This document shows positions 1 through 9,893 of a DNA stretch of 47,501 bases, one piece after another. Origin of the DNA: a virus (taxonomy: Duplodnaviria; Caudoviricetes). The DNA is taken from positions 1 to 47,501 of IMG/VR virus record IMGVR_UViG_3300033067_000394; one strand, written 5' to 3'. Numbering within the stretch: the stretch's first letter is position 1; each line of letters starts with the position of its first letter. The notes under the pieces are model-generated. The model saw only the letters and a program-made list of their open reading frames with translations, was not told where the DNA came from and did not search any database. A program made the translations under genes and the position numbers.

Positions 1-1451
1 AACAATTGACCTTTAGCTTTCCATTCATCCCAATCCTCCATTTGTTTAATGAGATTATTTCTCCACTCACCGATAATCTTTTCTCTCTTAGTTCCTGAAT
101 TAGCATCAGCAAAGAATATATCTCCGTCTTTATAGGCCATTCTATAAAATCTATTTTCAGTCATGGCCATAGTTGATATAAACTCATTACCAAAGTTTAC
201 ATCTTTATCCAACATCCCTACCAAGTCATTTACATAACTTAACGGTAAAGCTTTTAATTCTTCTCTAAAAACAGATGTTGGAATGCCTGCCATTTTAGTA
301 GCAATCTGAACAAAAGCTTTTGTCCAACCTAATGGTTTTGGAAATCCAAAGTTAGCTGTTTTTTCATTTTCTGTTAAACTAGATAAGAGTAATTTAATCT
401 TCTTACCCATTTTAGATTTTGGATCAAACTCAATAGACGGACTGAATTCCCGGGTAGAAACTTCATCTTTATCTAAAGCACCTTCTAACTCTTCATCTGG
501 AACATCTTTAATTTCTAAACCAATAAGTTTAAGATTCTTAACCATGCCAGACATAAACACAGAATCTTCAAATTTAGAAGATTCCATCCATTTATTAAAA
601 TCTTCATAAACGGCAGTGATTAGACTATCAGAGTTTTCAACATTGTCTGCAATGTCTGACAGCATATTTGCTATCACATATTCATCCATCATGCGCTTCA
701 TGTTCACAGATGGACTAGTCAAGAACAAATCAATGTTTCCATTGAGATCCAGCATTGCTTTAATAAACTTCTGAGTCATTACCTGGATTAATTCATTCTT
801 TTCTTCGACAGAAAACTCATGACCCTCAATTAATACTTTATCTGCATCTTTTAAATACTGCTGAGCAGATTTAACTCCCTTGTATTTTCCAGATAAGATT
901 TTATCATAGATTACCTGAATCTCATTTGGTTTTAATCCAAGAATCTTTTTGATGAAATTAAGAAGTTTATTAAACAAAGATTTAATTGGAGTCTCGATTT
1001 TAAACTCAGAGTTGAGTGTATAATCACTAAACTCATCTGCAAGAAATTCTTCAATCAGTTCATTATCAGATAACTTAGGATAAATTGTTTTATACTTTTG
1101 TATAATTTCCCCAAAGTTCTTTTTCTTTCTAACTTCTTGAAGACCTACTAATCTTTCTTCATTAGAAAGACTTAATCTCCAAACTCTGTGAAAAGCTTCA
1201 TGATACGCAATATCTGGAGTAGCATATTCGGATAGTAATATTTTACCATCTGCTTTGAATCTACCTAAAGATCTATTATCAATTAATCCTTTAATCACAA
1301 TAATCTCAGACTCTAGCATGCCTAAAGTCTTAATTAAAAAATCAATTGATTCTTGTTGACTTCTACTAGGAAGTTCATCAACAAGTTTACGGACAAGCCT
1401 ATCTTTTGAATAGGTCTTGCCCATGTATTCGTAACTGCAATTATCTGCCAT
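1..1451 (-). CDS. Partial very large virion cargo protein with N-terminal zincin metalloprotease domain (possibly the virion RNA polymerase polyprotein); runs off the window
   Basis: Not in the ORF track. Manual translation from ATG at 1451: MADNCSYEYMGKTYSKDRLVRK...PDIAYHEAFHRVWRLSL...LIEEFLADEFSDY...SLFNKLLNFIKKILG. HExxH at 1188-1202 plus a downstream EExxAxxF motif. It follows three large cargo genes, as zincin/RNAP cargo genes do in crAss-like phages. No RNAP catalytic motif is visible in this fragment. Confidence 0.75.
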   Translation of the reverse strand, partial: MADNCSYEYMGKTYSKDRLVRKLVDELPSRSQQESIDFLIKTLGMLESEIIVIKGLIDNRSLGRFKADGKILLSEYATPDIAYHEAFHRVWRLSLSNEERLVGLQEVRKKKNFGEIIQKYKTIYPKLSDNELIEEFLADEFSDYTLNSEFKIETPIKSLFNKLLNFIKKILGLKPNEIQVIYDKILSGKYKGVKSAQQYLKDADKVLIEGHEFSVEEKNELIQVMTQKFIKAMLDLNGNIDLFLTSPSVNMKRMMDEYVIANMLSDIADNVENSDSLITAVYEDFNKWMESSKFEDSVFMSGMVKNLKLIGLEIKDVPDEELEGALDKDEVSTREFSPSIEFDPKSKMGKKIKLLLSSLTENEKTANFGFPKPLGWTKAFVQIATKMAGIPTSVFREELKALPLSYVNDLVGMLDKDVNFGNEFISTMAMTENRFYRMAYKDGDIFFADANSGTKREKIIGEWRNNLIKQMEDWDEWKAKGQL

Positions 1452-1454
1452 GTG

Positions 1455-4400
1455 TTATTTGCATTTCTGTATGATTTCACCATTTTGTAACTTAGCCTTC
1501 AATAGGTCTGTAGTAGTAAGAATTTTGTCCATATCTTTAAACGAATCTAAACTTGCTCTTTTAGCTTTAATTTTATCAATAACGGAACTGCTATTTTTAG
1601 CAGGAACTTCATTAATCTCTTCTTGTACAATATCCAACTTAGGTAGCGGTTGTTTTGAAAAACTTATATTTCGTTGAACTCTTTTTGGATAGCCATCTAA
1701 AAATTGAGTAGTTGTAGTTAATACATCATCAACTAAATATTCATTATACACATTCTTTGTCCACTCTAATCCTGGGATTTTTTCACCTTTTTCATTTACT
1801 TTATAAACCAAATGTGGTTTACTGTAGAGTTTAGATCCCAATAAGTGTTCATTAATGTTAACTCTTTTCTGCTGCAAAAATACTAATAAATCTTCAACCT
1901 GTGAAAAGTCTTTAGTATCAACAGCTTGCTTAATTTTAGAAACTTCGATATTCTTAGTCTCACCATTAAAGTCAGTATATACAAGGATTGGATTTCCATT
2001 AGCAATTGATTCACGATTAAAGTATATTTCACCTTTACCTCCAGATTTAGAACCAAAAGAGATCAATGTCTCTATAATATTCTGATGAGATTTTCTTTTA
2101 CCTTCGTTGTAGAATACGTTAGCCTTATTACTTTTAATATTCCCAAATTCAATCCCTCCTGGAACATCAATCGCTATAGTGTCAGTTGCCTGATTAGTCC
2201 CGGCTCTTAACGAAAGTAAATATAAAATTGTACGAGCTTCAGTTTCATCAATGTTTCTAGCTTTTGTAGGGTGGATATTTCCTTCTTTATCTACAATAAC
2301 TAAATCACCTTTATTAATAGAGTATTCAACATCGTTTACTTTTATTGTACCATCAATTGATAATCTAAAATCTGAAGATGCTACAAGTTGATTTTGAATT
2401 TTACCCCAATATGGAATTCGTTTACCGTTAACTTCTTTATACATTTTAACTGCATGACCATTAGTCACTCTATCAATAGACAATCTTCCAGGATTAAGCT
2501 GTAAGGCTTTATACCATTCAGTATATTCTCTCTTGGCAAAAAAGAATGCTTTATCTAATATAGATTCTTCAGTAGGATTTTCTATACCCTCTAATTTCAA
2601 CTTAGCTTTATCTGCCTTAGATAATTTATTGATTTTCGCTTTCGGTAAGCCAACACTAAATAAATAATGTTCAATAATAGCTTTCTCTGCAAGAACAAAC
2701 TTGGCTGGTTTTCCATCTGAAGTTAGTGGATATAAATTCTCAGGTCTCCAAAGACTAGAGAATACATAATTACCTTCTTTAATTACAGGTTTGTCTCCCT
2801 TATGTAAAACTACATATAAATCTCCATCGTTAGTATTTAACGGATCACTATCTCTACTTATTTGATTATATAAATCTACATTGGATTTATCATCTCTTCT
2901 TACAACTTGTACAGAATATGAATGTGGGTCTTTTGATACTTCATTATCTAAAACTTCAAACCACAATTTTTGTGATGGCTTTTCAGTAAGTTTTTCTGCG
3001 AAAATTGATGGTGCCACACTTTTAAATTCTTTCAATACATTTTGTCCAGTTGAAGGAAATAAACCTAAACCTTTTTTAGCATCCTCTACTCCAAAAATAT
3101 TTTCAACATTTACTTCTGGTGCAACATCTTCTTTTACATCTGAAACAATATTTTCTGGATCTGTAACTACCGGAACATCAGCAGAAATTTGAGAAGCAAT
3201 TTCTTGTTCTTGTGGAGATAAAGATCTTCCTAAAGCAATCTTTTTACTTATTCTACGTTTAACACTTTCTTTTATTTCTCCAGTATCTTTATACTCTTGA
3301 TAATCTTTTGATGAAATATCATCATGTTCCAGGCCAAGATTTGCTAAAGATCCTTTAAATTCAGATAAATTTACTCTCTCTCCAATTTCATCTGACAATT
3401 CATACTGCCCTGTTACAGGATTTTTTGAAATAGTAAACTGCTCACCTTCACGATCAACAAACTTACTTGTTCCTCCAGATTCATCAACAATAGTTGCTAA
3501 TCTATTTATTTCAGATTCATTTTTAGCTGGAAGATCTTCAGCTTCTTTTTTTAACTGTTCATTTTCAGCAAGTTGATTTTCTTTAAACTGAGTAAACTTC
3601 TGAACTCGATTAGTAAAGGTGTCAAACATTTCTTTGACACCAGCTTTAGTAAAGAACTTTGGATAATGATCTTTTAATTCATTCTCAAGTGCAGATGCTT
3701 TATCCCATTGATCTTTAACAAAAGAAGCAAGTTGCTGTTTAACTGGATCCTTAATGGATTTAATATCTTCCAGTTCATCAACCGTCAACCCAGCTTTAAA
3801 TAATTGTTGTTCAATCTGAGATTTACGTTCTTTAACTGCATCTAAACCAATTAACGTCTGAAGTTTATTGTTAAAATATTCTTTTCTAAAATCTTGATAT
3901 TCTTTTGATTTCTCATGATAATATCTTTCAGGATAATTAGTTTGTTCGGCTATATCATTCGCCTCAAATATTTTATTTGCAGAATCTTTAAATGCTTTTT
4001 CATATTCAGAAACTTCTTTAGAAGTAGCCTCTCTACCAAAAGTATCTGCAAATCTTTTTGACCATGCGGGAATAACTTGATCTTTTACATGCTGGTCAAA
4101 GATTTCTTTACCTCCTTCTTGAGATAAAAATGGTTGAACATAATTAGCAGCCAAGAATTGACCATAAACTTGCTGACCGAGCAAATCACCAGATTGTGCA
4201 GAAATATCATATAAGATATTGGTGCGCAAATTATCAATCTGGTTAGCATGAGCTTCCGCTAATTTCTGTTCGTTAATTGTAAACTTACCATCTACATTGT
4301 CAATTACATCTTTATAAGATCTAAATTGATTAATAAAGTTATCTGATACAATATTGATTATTCCTTTTTGGGCTTTTGTTTCAGGAAAGATTCCCATTTT

Positions 4401-5771
4401 AACCCAAAGAGAATTATCTTTAGTTTTAGCTTCCGATCCAGTAAGTGCTGCTTTAAGAGCATTGTTTTCCCTAACTGTTCCAAATACAGATGCTCCTCCA
4501 CCTAACAATCCACCCAGAAAGATAGATTCGTGAAGCTCAGAATTATTAGAGAAATCATCAAGATAACGTGCAGCCACATTATAAAGATTGTCCAAAACAT
4601 TTTCTCCAATTTCTCCTTTTTCAACATTCTGCTGGAGAGTGGTCTGAGACCCTTCTTCATATACACCTTCTTTTATAAAGTTTTTAGCAATATTTTGACC
4701 AGTTCTTTTTAAGACAGCCGTTTTAGTAAATTCTTTTGGAATCTGCTTTAAAGCCTCTAAATCAACTTCACCATTCTTAATTACTCTAGATAATATAGAT
4801 TGTGCAGCTTCTTTTTCACCAGCAGTGCCAATTGTTTTCCAAATCCACATTTCATCCAGATAGTTGGAAATAGAAAGTAAAGCTAAATTACCTTTAAATA
4901 CTGCACTTGCAGCTTCACCAGCTTTAGATTTGGCTTCATCTTCAGATAAACCTTGCTCTAAATATTTATTTTTTACATTATCAAAAGTATTGGCTGCTTC
5001 TGCAGAAGCCTCTAAAGTAGTATTTAAAATAGTAGAAGCATAGCCATCTAAATTTCTAGCTAAGTCTTTACCATATTTAACTCCCATCTCTGTACCTTCT
5101 AACCCAGCAATAAGATTTTTACCAGTTGCCCACTTACTTAATTTTGGAGCTAAGTTTGCTAGACCTTCACCGGCAGATGCCAATCTTGATCCAATATTTA
5201 AAGCTTTAGCTGCAGCTCCAGGAGCAAACATTGCAAGCATAAAACCTAAACCATCTGCTCCAGATTCTGCCCACCATGCACCTGAACCTAATTTATCTAA
5301 TAAGTTACCTTCTTGTACTTGTTTAGACATATATACAGGAAGCGCGTCTTTAGCAGCTTGATCTAATGATTCAAAAGCATTAACCCAAGCATTATCTACA
5401 ATCAAAGACATGCTGTTCTTACCATCACCAAATACTTCATTAACTCCAGCTCCAGCTAAACCTCCAAGATAACCAGGTGTTTTAGCTATCTCAATACCAA
5501 CAGTCTTTGCAACATTAAAGATACCTTTACCTAATAACTCTAAAGCACCTTGATCGTTAGCTTTAGACTCCTGAATAATTTGTTGTGCAAAGCTGGCATT
5601 ACCTAATGTGCCATATCCAGGATCAACTTTTTCAGGAGCTACAAACTCTAATTGGTCTGCAACTCCTGTAAAGTCGTTAGAATTATCTGCCACAGGTTTA
5701 ACAAATTGTTTCTCAAATGCTTGAGGATCTAAAGGAGTTCCTGCAGAGCTATCCAATTTGTACTTCCCCAT
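1455..5771 (-). CDS. Large virion cargo (ejection) protein
   Basis: 1438 aa with Gly/Ala-rich hydrophobic segments (GLGFMLAMFAPGAAA, IFLGGLLGGGASVFG), then coiled-coil and globular parts. Lies after the muzzle gene among giant ORFs, as in crAss-like cargo clusters. Confidence 0.7.
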   Translation of the reverse strand: MGKYKLDSSAGTPLDPQAFEKQFVKPVADNSNDFTGVADQLEFVAPEKVDPGYGTLGNASFAQQIIQESKANDQGALELLGKGIFNVAKTVGIEIAKTPGYLGGLAGAGVNEVFGDGKNSMSLIVDNAWVNAFESLDQAAKDALPVYMSKQVQEGNLLDKLGSGAWWAESGADGLGFMLAMFAPGAAAKALNIGSRLASAGEGLANLAPKLSKWATGKNLIAGLEGTEMGVKYGKDLARNLDGYASTILNTTLEASAEAANTFDNVKNKYLEQGLSEDEAKSKAGEAASAVFKGNLALLSISNYLDEMWIWKTIGTAGEKEAAQSILSRVIKNGEVDLEALKQIPKEFTKTAVLKRTGQNIAKNFIKEGVYEEGSQTTLQQNVEKGEIGENVLDNLYNVAARYLDDFSNNSELHESIFLGGLLGGGASVFGTVRENNALKAALTGSEAKTKDNSLWVKMGIFPETKAQKGIINIVSDNFINQFRSYKDVIDNVDGKFTINEQKLAEAHANQIDNLRTNILYDISAQSGDLLGQQVYGQFLAANYVQPFLSQEGGKEIFDQHVKDQVIPAWSKRFADTFGREATSKEVSEYEKAFKDSANKIFEANDIAEQTNYPERYYHEKSKEYQDFRKEYFNNKLQTLIGLDAVKERKSQIEQQLFKAGLTVDELEDIKSIKDPVKQQLASFVKDQWDKASALENELKDHYPKFFTKAGVKEMFDTFTNRVQKFTQFKENQLAENEQLKKEAEDLPAKNESEINRLATIVDESGGTSKFVDREGEQFTISKNPVTGQYELSDEIGERVNLSEFKGSLANLGLEHDDISSKDYQEYKDTGEIKESVKRRISKKIALGRSLSPQEQEIASQISADVPVVTDPENIVSDVKEDVAPEVNVENIFGVEDAKKGLGLFPSTGQNVLKEFKSVAPSIFAEKLTEKPSQKLWFEVLDNEVSKDPHSYSVQVVRRDDKSNVDLYNQISRDSDPLNTNDGDLYVVLHKGDKPVIKEGNYVFSSLWRPENLYPLTSDGKPAKFVLAEKAIIEHYLFSVGLPKAKINKLSKADKAKLKLEGIENPTEESILDKAFFFAKREYTEWYKALQLNPGRLSIDRVTNGHAVKMYKEVNGKRIPYWGKIQNQLVASSDFRLSIDGTIKVNDVEYSINKGDLVIVDKEGNIHPTKARNIDETEARTILYLLSLRAGTNQATDTIAIDVPGGIEFGNIKSNKANVFYNEGKRKSHQNIIETLISFGSKSGGKGEIYFNRESIANGNPILVYTDFNGETKNIEVSKIKQAVDTKDFSQVEDLLVFLQQKRVNINEHLLGSKLYSKPHLVYKVNEKGEKIPGLEWTKNVYNEYLVDDVLTTTTQFLDGYPKRVQRNISFSKQPLPKLDIVQEEINEVPAKNSSSVIDKIKAKRASLDSFKDMDKILTTTDLLKAKLQNGEIIQKCK

Positions 5772-5772
5772 A

Positions 5773-8403
5773 TTAATTTTTTGTTTTAGTTACTTGAACT
5801 TGTGCTTGAGATAAGATCTTTGTACCAAGTCTATTTTTAGAAACTCCTGATGCAGAACGATAAGTTGGTTTACCATCTAAAGATGGAACTAACACTCGTG
5901 CTCCTGTATTAGGATCTATTACCACATTAGCCACTTTTGTGGAGCCATCTTTAGTTAAAATACCGTGGGTTTCATAATTAATCCCGTTAATATTTTCATC
6001 ATACCCAAGATTTTTAGATTTCCATCCAAGACTTGAAATAGGAACTACCTCTCCCGCATCATTAACAGTCATTAATCCTTCATCAAAAGTATTATTAAAT
6101 TTAAGACCTTTAACTTGTACATCAATTGCAGCTTCTGTAAATCCATTTTTTCCGTGAATGGCATCTAAGTTATCTAAGATGCCCTGTGCTGAAATTTTCT
6201 CACCAGAATTTATTTTAGCAATATACGCATTTGTTAATCCTGATTCAACTTCTCGTAATAAACTAGATCCAGGAACTAAAGCAATCTCAGTATAACCATC
6301 TTTGGTTTTACCGTCTTTCTTAGTAACCGTGACTCCAACTTTAAGTATTGAATTGCCATTTGAATCCTTAGTTACTGCAACCTGATTAACTTTCTTAGCT
6401 TCACCTTCATCCAAGTCATTGCCTTTGTTATCTTTAAACCTTAATCCGGTTAAGCCAAATGTACTAAAGTTATTTCCTGAACCGTTTTCAATAGCCTGTT
6501 TAGTCATATCAAAAATAGGTTTAAGAGTTGTATCCTTAGTTCCTGCATAAATTTCTGTAGTTCCTAATACCCCCCAATCATACATTTTTCCTGATTTTTG
6601 TTGACGTTTAACATCTCCCTCAAATCTTTGTTTAACTTGTTCTGCGGGATTTGGAAAATCAACTACAGATATACCTCCGACTTTTGAAGCTTGTGTTTTA
6701 TTTCTCTCAAACTGTTCAGGATTTAGTAATGCCCTGGATAACAATTGAGAATCATCTTCTCCAGGTTGACGGAAATCATTTATAAGTTTGATTGTGTTTG
6801 CACCCTCAGGAGTATTGATATACTGACTTGCAATATGTTCCTGACCTTCTTCAAATCTGCTAACTTCAGTTTGCATTTGATTATATGCTTGTAGCGTAGA
6901 TTTAAGTGCTCCATCTGGAACATTCATCTCTTGATAGATCTGATCTACTTGTGCATCAGTAAATGGATAACTACCATCTTGATTCAAGAGAGCTTTAAAG
7001 TTAGCTTTCTTTTCAGCTTCAGTGTTGCCTTGTACTTTCTGCCACTTAAGATATGCCTGACCAACATTAGCTAAATCCCATCCTTTAAAGGTATCAGATT
7101 TTTTAAGCATCTCATCAGTTTGAGTTTTATATTGATCTCTTTGTTTTTTAAGATCTTGATACTGTTTTTGCATTTCAGGTAACTGCACAGCAATTCCATC
7201 AACCGCTAAAATCTGACTTTGATCTTTAGCTGCATATTCAAAGTTCAACCTATCTCTATTTATTTTATTCTCTTCAAGCTTTCTGGCATTTTCCATCAGG
7301 GCTTTTTTAGCCTGATTGAAAATTAAATCTGTATCTTTTTTCTGATAAGCTCCTCTAAGAGCATATCCAAGATATGATTTATTGACTTCATTTTTTAACT
7401 GAGAATTAAGATCAAATTCTTTGATATTATCATCCACCTGAGTTTTTTGATCTTTAAGATATTGCTTAGTAGCATCTTCTGTTTGCTTACCCCACTTACC
7501 ATCGCGATCAATGTTGTAACCGTTTTCACGCAAATGATTTTGCCATTGTTTAATTTTAGTAGGATCATCTGAATTATTTGCTGCTGCGGCCATTTTATCT
7601 AATTGAGAATACGCAAGATTTTGATTTAACTCATATTGCTGTTGATACTTTTTGGGATCAACTTGTAAGGCTTTATATTGAGCATCTCTTTCAATCTGGC
7701 TTGCAAATTCTGGCTGTTGAGTTAAAGCTTGATAAGCTAATTTAATTCTTTCTGGTTCTCTAGTTTCAGTAGTAATTTTTTGCAACCACCAACTCTTATT
7801 CTCATCTCCTAAAAATCTAGTATCACCATTAGCTTTGATTTCTTTAAGCATCTCATCGATTGCTTTATTGATGTCTGGATTTTTATATAATTCTGGAGTT
7901 CCAATATTAGTGTATTTACCACTTTGAGGATCAAAGTTAATTGGATTAGCTAATTGATCCTGTAGCTGTTTTTTAGCCAAGGTTTTATTCACAGGACTTG
8001 GATCATCTTTGTAAAAATCATTAATGGCTTTGAGACCAGCTTGATATTGTTCAGATCTTTTATTTAAAGCATCTGCTCTGCCACCAGGACTCCAATCCTT
8101 CCTAATTTGATTAAGATAATTTTTATACGCTAATTGACCAGATGTTACACCCTTAGTATATTCTGTACTTATATCATTAAGTGCTTTTTCAGTATCCGCT
8201 TTATATTGCTGATAAACTTCAAGATCTGCTTTATTATTAAGAACGTTAGGTTGCTTACTTGATAATAGACCTACTTGGTCAATTTGAGATTGTTGTTGGC
8301 CTAATACCTCATCAAATGCTTGTACATTTAATTCAGGAAGTTTAGGCACTGCCGTTTTCCACGACCAATCTTTAGGTACTGCCTTATCGTACTTATTTAT
8401 CAT
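5773..8403 (-). CDS. Virion cargo protein with an internal peptidoglycan-binding-like motif
   Basis: 876 aa, Q/K-rich and helical. Segment IKQWQNHLRENGYNIDRDGKWGKQTEDATKQY resembles PG_binding_1 (Q..L...GY...DG.WG..T..A). Confidence 0.6.
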   Translation of the reverse strand: MINKYDKAVPKDWSWKTAVPKLPELNVQAFDEVLGQQQSQIDQVGLLSSKQPNVLNNKADLEVYQQYKADTEKALNDISTEYTKGVTSGQLAYKNYLNQIRKDWSPGGRADALNKRSEQYQAGLKAINDFYKDDPSPVNKTLAKKQLQDQLANPINFDPQSGKYTNIGTPELYKNPDINKAIDEMLKEIKANGDTRFLGDENKSWWLQKITTETREPERIKLAYQALTQQPEFASQIERDAQYKALQVDPKKYQQQYELNQNLAYSQLDKMAAAANNSDDPTKIKQWQNHLRENGYNIDRDGKWGKQTEDATKQYLKDQKTQVDDNIKEFDLNSQLKNEVNKSYLGYALRGAYQKKDTDLIFNQAKKALMENARKLEENKINRDRLNFEYAAKDQSQILAVDGIAVQLPEMQKQYQDLKKQRDQYKTQTDEMLKKSDTFKGWDLANVGQAYLKWQKVQGNTEAEKKANFKALLNQDGSYPFTDAQVDQIYQEMNVPDGALKSTLQAYNQMQTEVSRFEEGQEHIASQYINTPEGANTIKLINDFRQPGEDDSQLLSRALLNPEQFERNKTQASKVGGISVVDFPNPAEQVKQRFEGDVKRQQKSGKMYDWGVLGTTEIYAGTKDTTLKPIFDMTKQAIENGSGNNFSTFGLTGLRFKDNKGNDLDEGEAKKVNQVAVTKDSNGNSILKVGVTVTKKDGKTKDGYTEIALVPGSSLLREVESGLTNAYIAKINSGEKISAQGILDNLDAIHGKNGFTEAAIDVQVKGLKFNNTFDEGLMTVNDAGEVVPISSLGWKSKNLGYDENINGINYETHGILTKDGSTKVANVVIDPNTGARVLVPSLDGKPTYRSASGVSKNRLGTKILSQAQVQVTKTKN

Positions 8404-9893
8404 TAGATTTTTACATTTAAGATTTCATCAATAGAAGCTCCTTGTTTTAATTTCTCCATAATATCCGGAGTAATTTTAACATTTGGATATTTACTATTAA
8501 GTATTGCAAGAGCTTGATTAACCTGAAATTGATTTAACTCTTTATTGTTGTTTATAACTTTCTGTGTCTCAGCAAAAGAATTAAATGAACTGCCAATCTG
8601 GCTTAAATCTGACATTAAAGTTCTATCAAAGAATCTACTATTAGCTTGATTCTGCATATTACCTTGTTGATTCTGGTATTCTCGATTAGCTCTATCTGTA
8701 GCCTTACCAGCTTCATATTGACCTTTAGTCAAGTTGAGACTAGACTGTGCATTATTTTGAGCTTCAGCAATTCTACCTAATTGATCTGACAGTCCAGCTA
8801 ATCTAGCCATTTCCCTACCTTGATAAGATGCAGCATTTGAGCTTAAACTTCTATTAGTTTGAGCTGCAATATTGGACACACCCTGAGCATCTTGTTTAGC
8901 TTGAGTGTAATCAATATTTGCTTCCTGCATATATTTATCTGCTTTTGTATAATCAGGAGTAATAAGTTTTTCTTTTTCTGCAGGACTTAATGCATCACCA
9001 ATACTTCCGGCGAGTGCAAAACCTTTAGTTAACAAACCTAATGTATTTGCAGTCTTGGCATCTAATATACCTGGAGAAAACTTAGATTTAGCTCCAGTTA
9101 TATTTATAGATTTTGCTGGAGTTTGAGTAGATAAATCTTTTCCAACAGGATTAAGTTCTGTACCAAAGGTAGTTGAATCTGTAGCCAAAGTTCCATCACC
9201 AGTCATTTGTTTAGCTTCAATCATTCCTTGAGTACCGTACTTCTGTTCAGTAATGGTAGGCAATGTCGGAAAGTTAGTAGGCACTTTATACTGAAATGGA
9301 TTTTGTGCCATGAATTGAATATTTTCACTTGGAGGGATAACCGGATCATCTGGTCCATTTGTAAAACCTCCTAATGCTTTTTGATTAGATTCCGTGGCTC
9401 TAGCTGCATCATTTTCTTTAGCTAAGAATTTCATTTCAAGATCTAAAGCATTTCTTTGATCTCTACTAAATCTTGCATCTGGATACTTTTTATTAATTTC
9501 CATTGCGTGAACATTGAATGCTTTACCTGCTTTCTTTAAAACATCCGAAAAGACATATTGTTTCCCATCTACCATATAACTGTTCTCATTATTCTGAACA
9601 CTATTAGATCCATTGGGATCTGGATTACCGGAGCTGTCTACAGTTAGATCTTTACCTGAAGCATGGCTCCCTGTTTTATACTGCTTAAAAGCATCGTTTA
9701 AAATCCCACCGTCTGCAAATTTACCTAACGGATTCATATTCATTTGTAAAGGTTGTTTCTGCACATTAGGTTGTGCAGAGATTTGTTGGTCAAGTAATCC
9801 AACTAATGGGGACAATAATTGACCTACTCCAGGAATAAAAGACACACCCGTTTGAAGTATGTCTCCACCTAAACTTAATTTATTTTTTTTCAT
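8403..9893 (-). CDS. Virion cargo protein, crAss-like first cargo gene
   Basis: 496 aa directly after the muzzle gene (ATGA overlap). Has an N-terminal amphipathic segment, a GSHASG...ENSY...YVFSDVL motif and a Q/N/A-rich coiled-coil C-terminus. Confidence 0.6.
   Translation of the reverse strand: MKKNKLSLGGDILQTGVSFIPGVGQLLSPLVGLLDQQISAQPNVQKQPLQMNMNPLGKFADGGILNDAFKQYKTGSHASGKDLTVDSSGNPDPNGSNSVQNNENSYMVDGKQYVFSDVLKKAGKAFNVHAMEINKKYPDARFSRDQRNALDLEMKFLAKENDAARATESNQKALGGFTNGPDDPVIPPSENIQFMAQNPFQYKVPTNFPTLPTITEQKYGTQGMIEAKQMTGDGTLATDSTTFGTELNPVGKDLSTQTPAKSINITGAKSKFSPGILDAKTANTLGLLTKGFALAGSIGDALSPAEKEKLITPDYTKADKYMQEANIDYTQAKQDAQGVSNIAAQTNRSLSSNAASYQGREMARLAGLSDQLGRIAEAQNNAQSSLNLTKGQYEAGKATDRANREYQNQQGNMQNQANSRFFDRTLMSDLSQIGSSFNSFAETQKVINNNKELNQFQVNQALAILNSKYPNVKITPDIMEKLKQGASIDEILNVKI

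Noticed and set aside
1449-1457. Readthrough fusion of the 1438-aa cargo gene with the zincin ORF (TAA CAC ATG in frame)
   Set aside because: TAA is a strong stop and the downstream gene has its own ATG; in-frame spacing occurs by chance one time in three.
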